A stretch of DNA of 64,000 nucleotides from Gammaproteobacteria bacterium (GTDB taxonomy: Bacteria; Pseudomonadota; Gammaproteobacteria; Eutrophobiales; Eutrophobiaceae). Location of the stretch: positions 1,176,262 through 1,240,261 of the forward strand of contig OZ241853.1 of NCBI GenBank assembly GCA_965202685.1, given 5' to 3'. Positions 1-7,610 of this stretch are shown here, piece after piece (positions within the stretch are counted from its first letter, which is position 1; each line of letters opens with the position of its first letter). The notes beneath the pieces are model-generated. The model was not told the DNA's origin. It made no database searches and was given only the letters and a program-made list of their open reading frames with translations. The translations under genes were made by a program, and so were the position numbers.

Positions 1-491
1 CCCAGATCCCGCAACAGCGGCGAAGTCAAAACGACTATGCAACTCCCTGTCAGGAGCGCCAGCGCGCCCCGCAACAGCGACTCAGCGCCAGTGCGCTCCA
101 ACAGGGCGCGACCGCCTGACAGGGCCGCCACAGCCACGATAAGGAAGAAAGTTTGACGCAACACATCACGGTCAAAATTCGCCGCGCGCTCCAGGCCGGC
201 GGCAAACCAGGCGCCAGACCCAAGGACGATGTAAGACGCCAAAGCGGCGATCAACAACGCGCCCGGCGTCCCCGGCCGCCAGCGACGGCGAATGGCGGCC
301 CGGCCCAACAGAAGCAGGCAACAACCCAGGGCCGCCAGGAGGCTGACGAGCTTTACCCCCGGCGCGCCCCAAAGATACAGGTGTTGCAAGTTAAACAGGG
401 TGATGACAGCCAGCCCCCAGAAGGCCAATGAGAAAAGCCGATCCTGGGCGCGGTCAAGTTGCCGAGGCGGCTGAGCCAAGTCCGGCTTCAT
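1..491 (-). CDS. Partial CDS (5' portion; continues left of window): polytopic membrane protein, possibly O-antigen polymerase/ligase-type
   Basis: Reverse-complement translation from ATG at 491..489 gives MKPDLAQPPRQLDRAQDRLFSLAFWGLAVITLFNLQHLYLWG... with several hydrophobic helices and no stop before the window edge. Not in the ORF track because it is truncated. Confidence 0.45.
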   Translation of the reverse strand, partial: MKPDLAQPPRQLDRAQDRLFSLAFWGLAVITLFNLQHLYLWGAPGVKLVSLLAALGCCLLLLGRAAIRRRWRPGTPGALLIAALASYIVLGSGAWFAAGLERAANFDRDVLRQTFFLIVAVAALSGGRALLERTGAESLLRGALALLTGSCIVVLTSPLLRDL

Positions 492-502
492 GGTCCCAGC
501 GG

Positions 503-1630
503 CTATTGAAGTCCCGGGTTGCAAGTCTCCCGTCCTTCACGGCAACCCATCTCGGCCCTCTGGTCCGGCCCGGTCTCCCGGAGGGGCGGTTCAACTGGGG
601 CGGGAGAGATCCGGGAATGCCAGCTATGGAATTCGCTGAGGGTCATGGAGCGGCAATGCCGCGCGGCCACCTCAAACAGGGCGGTGATCTCCTCGTAAAG
701 CCGGTCTATGTCCGCCTCGCTGTTCAGGCTTGGACTGCCCCCCGGCATTAGCTCCGAGGAGTGCAACAGGAACTCAAGGTGGGTCCTGCCAGCCTCTGCG
801 GCGCTGACGACCCTGCTGACCTGGCGCACCGCCGCCAAAAAACCGAAGCGCCTGGGGCGATACCGGGGATAGGTGGGATACAGCCATTGCAACGCAGGGA
901 AAACGCGGTTCACGGCTTGCTTGATCCACTCCCGTTTGCGGCCCGGGGCCGGGGGGGTTATCCAGCCCGGCCAGGAGCGGAACACCGTGACCGGCGCCTC
1001 GAGCAACGCGGAGGCGCCGGGGCGCGAAATGTCATCCAGGTCCAGCCAGTAGGCCGAGTCCCTGAATCCCGAGTAGTCCGGGCCGCCGTTTCCGTCGGCA
1101 TGGCCCAGGCAACCGGCCCAGGAGACATGGGGGGACACTGAGCAGTCCACCAAAAATCCCCTTTCCGCAAGTATGCGCGCGTAACGCTCGTCAAAGGCAA
1201 ACCGCCCGCTGCGATGACTGATTATGGGGATGTCAAAGATGTCCTCCAACAGAGAGGTGGCGCGATGCACCTTGGCGCGCATGATGTCTTTAGGATACTC
1301 CGTGAGGTATGGATTGGAGCGCCTGTCATTGTCAAGGGACGGCATGAAGGGCGGAGTCTCCCAGGCATGAAGATGCATGCCGATTTCGCCGGCATCGCGG
1401 GCGAGGAGGTCGCGGGCGAATTCCTGAAACACCGGCGACTGCGCCATGGTGTAATCAACCATGTAGCAGACCTTCAAGCCGTAAGTCTCGCACAGCGACT
1501 GAAACCGGGGAATGCGCGCCGCGTTCCGGGTCAGGGCCTGCTGGGGTCGGGCCCAGAGATTGTCGCCCTCGGCGTCAATCGTGACGATAAATGGCAACCG
1601 TGGGGGAGAAGTCAACTCAGAGGCGGCCAT
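503..1630 (-). CDS. Polysaccharide deacetylase-like protein (WalW-like family)
   Basis: 375-aa ORF. N-terminal FIVTIDAEGDNLW motif and overall composition resemble polysaccharide deacetylase/WalW-type proteins. Sits in a glycan-biosynthesis gene neighbourhood. Confidence 0.5.
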   Translation of the reverse strand: MAASELTSPPRLPFIVTIDAEGDNLWARPQQALTRNAARIPRFQSLCETYGLKVCYMVDYTMAQSPVFQEFARDLLARDAGEIGMHLHAWETPPFMPSLDNDRRSNPYLTEYPKDIMRAKVHRATSLLEDIFDIPIISHRSGRFAFDERYARILAERGFLVDCSVSPHVSWAGCLGHADGNGGPDYSGFRDSAYWLDLDDISRPGASALLEAPVTVFRSWPGWITPPAPGRKREWIKQAVNRVFPALQWLYPTYPRYRPRRFGFLAAVRQVSRVVSAAEAGRTHLEFLLHSSELMPGGSPSLNSEADIDRLYEEITALFEVAARHCRSMTLSEFHSWHSRISPAPVEPPLRETGPDQRAEMGCREGRETCNPGLQ

Positions 1631-1636
1631 GGCCCC

Positions 1637-2770
1637 TTACTCATCGCCGGCCGCGGTGGCGGCAAAGGGTTCGAATTCGCTGGCGGGCCCTGTCCGCCGG
1701 CACAGGCGGCGCAGGTCCGAGGCCATGCGGCCGTGCCAGTTCGCGCTGCGGAAACGCTCTCCTTGGCGTCTGGCGCCCTTGCTTAAACGGCGACGCAGGG
1801 CCGGATCCCCTAACAGACGCTCGATGGCGGCTCGCAAAGCCGCGGCGGAACGAGGCGCCACCAACAGCCCGTTTTCCTCGTGCTTGACCAGTTCCGGGAC
1901 TTCGCCGCAACGAGTGGCGATGACAGGCAGGCCGCATTGGAAAGCCTCAATGATGATGCCGGGGTAGCCCTCAGTGTCATAGCGACTTGGGAACAACAAG
2001 ATGTCGTGTTCGACTAGAACTCGCGGCACTTCCGCGGGTTCCAGGACGCCGCCGTAGCTGGCCCTGGGATGGTTGTCGAACAGGGAAAAGTCCGTGTTGG
2101 ACATGCCTGGCCCAAAAACCCGCAGGTGGCAATGCTCAGGCAGGCCGCGGCAGGCTTCCAGGGCCTCCGCCAGCCCTTTGTCCATCTCCAGGCGGGCAAT
2201 GAAGAGCAACTTGCCGGCGGCGCGCGCGGATGCGCCGGGCCGGGCCGAGGGCGGCGCGGGGACATTTCGCGTATTGGGAAACCAGCGAAAATTGGCGGGG
2301 TCGCCGAAGTCCCGGCGCAGGCGCCGGGTCTCGACATAGATCAGCGCGGAGCGCAACCAGGCGCGCTCGGCCAGCCAGCGCGCAACCGGGCCGTAGCCGC
2401 GATAGACCCGGTGCAGTTCGGAACCGGAGAAGCGCAACACCAAGGGGCGTCGCGCCAACGCGCAGACTATCCAGAGGGACGAGGCCAACAGGGTCGCCGA
2501 GTTGGCGCCCAAGACGAGAAACGCCAGCTGACAACGCCGAATCTTCCGCGCCGCTCCCCCGAACACCCGCAGAAACCGCATGAGGCGCGCAGCCTGAATC
2601 CTCCAGGCGGGCAGATTGGTGACATCGCCGGAGGTGTCAATGCACTCCAGGTCGAACCCCCGCCGGCGCAACTCGCTTGCGGACTCGGCGGATAGCAACC
2701 TGTTCCCGCCGATAACATTGGTGGCGGATTGCCCCGAACCCAAGGGGCTGATGAACAGGATCCGCGGCAT
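1637..2770 (-). CDS. Glycosyltransferase family 1 (GT4-type, GT-B fold)
   Basis: C-terminal EGYPGIIIEAFQCGLPVIATRCGEVPELVKHEENGLLV is the classic GT1 E-x7-E motif region. Likely start MPRILFISPLGSG at 2770 (ORF track start 2983 is probably too far upstream). ATGA start/stop overlap with the upstream flippase gene. Confidence 0.75.
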   Translation of the reverse strand: MPRILFISPLGSGQSATNVIGGNRLLSAESASELRRRGFDLECIDTSGDVTNLPAWRIQAARLMRFLRVFGGAARKIRRCQLAFLVLGANSATLLASSLWIVCALARRPLVLRFSGSELHRVYRGYGPVARWLAERAWLRSALIYVETRRLRRDFGDPANFRWFPNTRNVPAPPSARPGASARAAGKLLFIARLEMDKGLAEALEACRGLPEHCHLRVFGPGMSNTDFSLFDNHPRASYGGVLEPAEVPRVLVEHDILLFPSRYDTEGYPGIIIEAFQCGLPVIATRCGEVPELVKHEENGLLVAPRSAAALRAAIERLLGDPALRRRLSKGARRQGERFRSANWHGRMASDLRRLCRRTGPASEFEPFAATAAGDE

Positions 2771-4137
2771 CAGGGGGCAACTCTTTTCTCGGCGCCGCGC
2801 TCCCACAGGGCCCAGAGGGACTCGCGCAGGTAGGTCGCGTCCCCGCCTTGCGGCAACCACACGGCCCGCCAACTCATGCCGGTCAGCCTGCTGAACACCG
2901 CGGTGAGAAATAGACATTGGCAAACCATGCCGATGGTCAAAGCCCAAGCGGCACCCTGAACTCCCGTGAGCGGGAACAGCCAAAACAACGCGCCGACATT
3001 GACGCAGAGTCCCAGACAGACCCCCCAGGAGCAGATCCCCGGACGGTCAACCCCCTTGAAGTAGGTCATCAATATGTTGGCGGTCGCGGAGGCCAAGCTT
3101 CCAGGCGCGATGATCCAGAGCAACGGCGTCATGGGCAGGAAGGCCTCCGACAGCAACAAGCGCACCAGTGGCTCGCTAACTGCTAACAAGCAGAGAATGG
3201 GAAGGGCCGTGCCGCCGCAGACCAAGCGCAAACACCGGGCCGCCAGTTCGTGACGCTCCCGTCCCGCGATGCGGGGCAACATCGCGTTGCTCACCGAATT
3301 GGAGACCACGCCAAATCCGAATATGATCGAAATGGCGGCGGCGAACAGGCCAATGTCGGCGCCGCTGGCGATCACCCCCAACAGGACGATCCCTAATTGC
3401 GGCCCTATGCCCCCCCCGATGCGGGCAAGATGGTAGCGCCAGCCATAATGGAGGATCCGCGTGAAACACGAGCGGGATGGCGGAAAAGTCAGAACCAGCC
3501 CGCAATGTCGCCGCAGATACCAAAGACAGGTGGCTATCATCACCAAAGGCCCGGTGGCGAAAGCCGCGAGGGCGCCATCAACCCCTAACCCCCAGCCCCA
3601 GACGAACAACAACACCGCCAGCGCGTTGGTCGTCACCCTAAGCAACGAGAAGACCGCCAGCCGGGCAAAGCGTCTGAGGGCGGCCAGTTGATGTTCGACA
3701 GCGGCCGAGAAGGCCGTGAGGGGCACCAAAGCCAGCCCCCAGTAAAAAGAATGGGTTTCCGCCTTGTGAAAAAAGGCGAGGTCGCTGTGGATCAATGGGA
3801 TGGCCACCACGCTGGCCAACAGCCCGCCAACCAAGCAAATCGTCAGGGCCGAGGACACAGCCTGAGACACGGTGGTCTGCCCGGTCATCACAAACTGTTG
3901 CGCGCCCTGCTGAGCGCCAGGCGCGAAGAATAGGCCCAACAAGGTGCCGAACACAAGACACAGAGCGTAGCTGCCCCTGCCTTCAGGAAGCAACAGGTAG
4001 GCCAACATTCCCTGGATCAGGAGCCCGACTATGACAAGGCCAACCCGGGTGGCGAAGGCCATGGCGACATCCTGTCCGCCGGTGGTGTCCGGGCTATCCA
4101 GCGCGGCGCCTGTTCCGGTGCCAGGGGGGTTGAACAT
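2770..4137 (-). CDS. Polysaccharide/oligosaccharide flippase (MOP superfamily, Wzx-like)
   Basis: 455-aa ORF with about 12 predicted hydrophobic helices, typical of Wzx/MurJ-type exporters. Flanked by glycosyltransferases. The true start may be the internal Met (MAFATRV...). Confidence 0.6.
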   Translation of the reverse strand: MFNPPGTGTGAALDSPDTTGGQDVAMAFATRVGLVIVGLLIQGMLAYLLLPEGRGSYALCLVFGTLLGLFFAPGAQQGAQQFVMTGQTTVSQAVSSALTICLVGGLLASVVAIPLIHSDLAFFHKAETHSFYWGLALVPLTAFSAAVEHQLAALRRFARLAVFSLLRVTTNALAVLLFVWGWGLGVDGALAAFATGPLVMIATCLWYLRRHCGLVLTFPPSRSCFTRILHYGWRYHLARIGGGIGPQLGIVLLGVIASGADIGLFAAAISIIFGFGVVSNSVSNAMLPRIAGRERHELAARCLRLVCGGTALPILCLLAVSEPLVRLLLSEAFLPMTPLLWIIAPGSLASATANILMTYFKGVDRPGICSWGVCLGLCVNVGALFWLFPLTGVQGAAWALTIGMVCQCLFLTAVFSRLTGMSWRAVWLPQGGDATYLRESLWALWERGAEKRVAP

Positions 4138-4167
4138 GAGGCGTCGAGCTATCCCTCAGCTGGCGGC

Positions 4168-6405
4168 TTACGCCTCTGAAACGGCCTGCTCGACCCGGGC
4201 CGGCGGCGCGGCGCGCTGGGCCGTCCGGAACAGCGGCAGGAAGAAACCTAGCCCCCAGCTTAAATGCATGGTCACCAACACCACCGGCAGGATCAAGGCG
4301 GCCGGCTCCCGTTGGCGGATCCCCGCCGTCAAAGTCGTGGCGGCCAAGGCGCAAAGATATGCAAAGGGCACCAACGCCGCCGCCAGCCAAGGGGCCCCGG
4401 TCCAGCCCAACCCCGCCGACCCCGCCAGGCCCAACACCAACAACGGCGCCGCGAAGTGCCGCGGCAACGCCGCCTGCGGATGACGCCACAGCACCACCCG
4501 CTTCCAACGGCCGTAGCTAAAATATTGCCGGGCCAAAGACCACCAAGTGTCCCGCGCGCGATAATCCACCATCAACTTGGGGTCGAACCACACCACCCCG
4601 CCGTTTTTCCGCAACCGACAGTTCAATTCATAGTCCTCGGCGCAATCCAAGGAGGAATCATACCCCCCCGCCGCGTTCAAAGTCTTGCGCCAAAACACCC
4701 CTAAGTACACCGTGTTGTCCGGCCCCTCCGGTCCTCCGACCCGAAACCGCGCCCGCCCCGTGCCAAGCAAAGTGTCCAACGCGCACGACACCGCGCGCTC
4801 GAAAAACGTCGTCCCAAATGGCCGTTGCCGCCCCCCCACATTCGCCGCCCTGGTCTCCTCCAAAGTCTCAACCGCCAACCGCAGATAGTCCGGCGGCAAT
4901 ATCGTGTGCGCATCGCAACGCGCCACCACCTCCCCCGTCGCCACCTCCAGCGCCGCGTTCACCCCCGGCGCGATGACCCGACACGGATTCGGCACCACCC
5001 GCACCCACGGGTAGCGCTGTCGCAGCAACTCCATCATGGCCGGCGTGTCCGAGCCATCCGCCACGACAACCTCCACCCGTCCGGGATAGTCCTGAGCCCG
5101 CACCGACTCCAGCGCCTCCGCAATCGTCCCCTCCGCGTTGCGCGCCGGGATGATCACAGACACCCCCGGCGCCGAAGCATCGAGCGCTATGGCGGGCCGG
5201 GGACATTGCCATCCAAGAGCTTGTTGATTCGAGACGGCGGCGGATTCAGCGCTTTCTGCAAGGGTTGGCTTGGCCCGGGCCGGCGGCGCGGCGCGCCGGG
5301 CCGTCCGGAACAGCGGCAGGAAGAAGCCCAGACCCCAGCTTAAATGCATGGTCGCCAACACCACCGGCAGGATCAAGGCGGCCGGCTCCCGCTGGCGGAT
5401 CCCCGCCGCCAAGGTCGTGGCGGCCAAGGCGCAAAGATATGCAAAGGGCACCAACGCCGCCGCCAGCCAAGGCGCCCCGGCCCAACCCAACCCCGCCGAC
5501 CCCGCCAAGCCCAACACCAACAACGGCGCCGCGAAGTGCCGCGGCAACGCCGCCTGCGGATGACGCCACAGCACCACCCGCTTCCAACGACCATAGCCAA
5601 AATATTGCCGGGCCAAAGACCACCAAGTGTCCCGCGCGCGATAATCCACCATCAACTTGGGGTCGAACCACACCACCCCGCCGTTTTTCCGCAACCGACA
5701 GTTCAATTCATAGTCCTCGGCACCGTCCAAGGAGGAATCATACCCCCCCGCCGCGTCCAAAGTCTTGCGCCAAAACACCCCCAAGTACACCGTGTTGTCC
5801 GGCCCCTCCGGTCCTCCGACCCGAAACCGCGCCCGCCCCGTGCCAAGCAAAGTGTCCAACGCGCACGACACCGCGCGCTCGAAAAACGTCGTCCCAAATG
5901 GCCGTTGCCGCCCCCCCACATTCGCCGCCCTGGTCTCCTCCAAAGTCTCAACCGCCAACCGCAGATAATCCGGCGGCAATATCGTGTGCGCATCGCAACG
6001 CGCCACCACCTCCCCCGTCGCCACCTCCAGCGCCGCGTTCACCCCCGGCGCGATGACCCGACACGGATTCGGCACCACCCGCACCCACGGGTAGCGCTGT
6101 TGCAACAACTTCATCATGGCCGGCGTGTCCGAACCATCCGCCACGACAACCTCCACCCGTCCGGGATAGTCCTGAGCCCGCACCGACTCCAGCGCCTCCG
6201 CAATCGTCCCCTCCGCGTTGCGCGCCGGCATGATCACAGACACGCTCGGCGCCGAAGCATCAGGCGCTATGGCGGGCCGGGGACATTGCCACCCAAGAGC
6301 TTGTTGATTCGAGACGGCGGCGCCAAACTGCGCGGCATTCAGCGCTGGCTCGATGGACGGGTCGGAATCCGCGAATTGTTGAGACTGTCGATTTTCAGCA
6401 GTCAT
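4168..6405 (-). CDS. Tandemly duplicated GT2 glycosyltransferase: two GT2 domains, each followed by 4 TM helices, fused in frame. Polyprenyl-phosphate sugar synthase (GtrB/ArnC/DPM1-like) architecture is suspected.
   Basis: 745 aa. The motif block VSVI(M/I)PARNAEGTIAEALESVRAQDYPGRVEVVVADGSDT ... AEDYELNCRL ... hydrophobic C-terminus occurs twice. The two ~1080-bp nucleotide halves (4201-5243 and 5280-6322) are near-identical. Confidence 0.8.
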   Translation of the reverse strand: MTAENRQSQQFADSDPSIEPALNAAQFGAAVSNQQALGWQCPRPAIAPDASAPSVSVIMPARNAEGTIAEALESVRAQDYPGRVEVVVADGSDTPAMMKLLQQRYPWVRVVPNPCRVIAPGVNAALEVATGEVVARCDAHTILPPDYLRLAVETLEETRAANVGGRQRPFGTTFFERAVSCALDTLLGTGRARFRVGGPEGPDNTVYLGVFWRKTLDAAGGYDSSLDGAEDYELNCRLRKNGGVVWFDPKLMVDYRARDTWWSLARQYFGYGRWKRVVLWRHPQAALPRHFAAPLLVLGLAGSAGLGWAGAPWLAAALVPFAYLCALAATTLAAGIRQREPAALILPVVLATMHLSWGLGFFLPLFRTARRAAPPARAKPTLAESAESAAVSNQQALGWQCPRPAIALDASAPGVSVIIPARNAEGTIAEALESVRAQDYPGRVEVVVADGSDTPAMMELLRQRYPWVRVVPNPCRVIAPGVNAALEVATGEVVARCDAHTILPPDYLRLAVETLEETRAANVGGRQRPFGTTFFERAVSCALDTLLGTGRARFRVGGPEGPDNTVYLGVFWRKTLNAAGGYDSSLDCAEDYELNCRLRKNGGVVWFDPKLMVDYRARDTWWSLARQYFSYGRWKRVVLWRHPQAALPRHFAAPLLVLGLAGSAGLGWTGAPWLAAALVPFAYLCALAATTLTAGIRQREPAALILPVVLVTMHLSWGLGFFLPLFRTAQRAAPPARVEQAVSEA
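4201..6322 (-). repeat. ~1080-bp direct tandem duplication (2 units, ~97% identical) internal to the GT2 gene
   Basis: Sequence at 4201 onward (ccggcggcgcggcgcgctgggccgtccggaacagcggcagg...) recurs at 5280 onward, and the similarity runs to 5243/6322. The period is a multiple of 3, so the reading frame is preserved. Confidence 0.9.
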
Positions 6406-6530
6406 ATTGCGCTATTTTTAGCCATCTGCATATCGGGTTGATTATAATACAATGGAGAAAAGTGTCTATCCCCTTGCAGAATAACAGAAAATTGAGCTAA
6501 GCCGCTTTTTAACGCCAAGCCGCGGGGCCT
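6405..6530. promoter_or_regulatory. AT-rich divergent intergenic region with a TATAAT box (6442-6447, palindromic ATTATAAT); putative promoter(s)
   Basis: Locally AT-rich (ttgattataatacaatggagaaaag) in an otherwise GC-rich window. Lies between the divergently oriented GT2 gene and the pseudogene fragment/methyltransferase. No clean -35 box was identified. Confidence 0.3.
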
Positions 6531-6697
6531 CATCGCGCCTGAAGACGAGGCTCTGCTAAAGGTTGCGGCCCGCCGCGTCGCGCTGGAAAACGCGCCGGAG
6601 GGCGGGTGTGACAAATTAAACACGGCGGGCTTGGTTGAGCGCGACTAATCCGAGGCGGCAGGGGAGCTGAAGAAAAAACTTCGGCAGACAAAAATAG
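6528..6697 (+). pseudogene. Fragment (~55 codons) of the membrane-anchored periplasmic protein family (paralog of 7611-9278 and 52851-54581)
   Basis: 6531-6695 aligns at nucleotide level with 7770-7930 of gene 7611 (…gccgcggcccg(g/c)cgcgtcgcgctggaaaacgcgccggagggcg…aaacacggcgg…aaacttcgg…). Encodes LVAAARRVALENAPEGG...; there is no start codon and it is interrupted by a stop. Confidence 0.6.
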
Positions 6698-6713
6698 TGG
6701 TAAAGTTCAACGG

Positions 6714-7457
6714 GTGTTCAACCCCCCTCCCGAGTGGCGAAAAAAAGCCAAGCTAAAACTGGAGCGAGTCCACCTCCGCGACTTAGGCAGGCACTTGTAC
6801 CGGTGTCTGCGGACCTTGCGACAATGGCCGCGGACCCTGTTGCGCGCCAACAGCCGCATTGTCCAACGCTATTTTGCGCAGACAGACGAACCGAAATTGC
6901 ATCTTGGTTGTGGCGACTGCCTGCTGGAGGGCTGGCTGAATTCGGATTTGTTTCCCTGCTCTCCGCGGGTTTTGCGCCTGGATGCGACGCGCCCGTTTCC
7001 CTTTGCGTCCAACACTTTCGCCTACGCCTACAGCGAACATCTAATTGGGTTGCTTGCCACACGGCAGGCAAAGCGCATGTTGCGCGAGTGTTTTCGCGTG
7101 TTAGCGCCGGGCGGCAAGGTGCGCATCTGCACCCCGGATCTGGCTTTCCTGATTGAACTATGCGGCCCGCAACCTTCCGCGTTGCAAGAGCGGTACATTG
7201 AGTGGGCCAGCGGCCAGTCCACCGAAAGAGGGCGGGCCGTTGTAATCAACAACATGGGCGAGACTTACGGACCCTTTGTCTATGATGAACCGCACCTGCG
7301 CGGCGTCCTCGAGGACGCCGGTTTCTCGAATATAGTCTCGCGCGACCTGAACCAGAGCGATGACGCGGCGCTACGGGACCTGGCGAACGAGAAACGGTTG
7401 CCGGAGGGGTTTTTGCGGCTTGAATCACTCACCATGGAGGGGAGCAAACCTTTTTAG
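6714..7457 (+). CDS. Class I SAM-dependent methyltransferase (Methyltransf_11/25-like)
   Basis: LHLGCGDCLLEGWLNSD (motif I, GxGxG-like), FAYAYSEHLIGLL, and RVLAPGGKVRICTPD (motif post-II/III), typical of small-molecule/sugar methyltransferases. Confidence 0.7.
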   Translation: MFNPPPEWRKKAKLKLERVHLRDLGRHLYRCLRTLRQWPRTLLRANSRIVQRYFAQTDEPKLHLGCGDCLLEGWLNSDLFPCSPRVLRLDATRPFPFASNTFAYAYSEHLIGLLATRQAKRMLRECFRVLAPGGKVRICTPDLAFLIELCGPQPSALQERYIEWASGQSTERGRAVVINNMGETYGPFVYDEPHLRGVLEDAGFSNIVSRDLNQSDDAALRDLANEKRLPEGFLRLESLTMEGSKPF

Positions 7458-7610
7458 CTTGTTTTTAGCTTGTTAGTTTTTCGTCAGGCAACTGGCGTGA
7501 GGAGCGAGGAAGGGAGTGTGCAAGCAGCACATGACTGACTGAACGCGGAAGCGCCAGGACGCATGGCGGAAAACTAACAAGCTAAAAGCTAAAATGGTAG
7601 AATTGGGTGA

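Noticed and set aside
4264-6441. Long plus-strand ORFs (146-365 aa, R/P/H-rich) overlapping the GT2 gene.
   Set aside because: They are antisense to a well-supported GT2 coding sequence and their composition is non-protein-like. The duplication explains their repetition.
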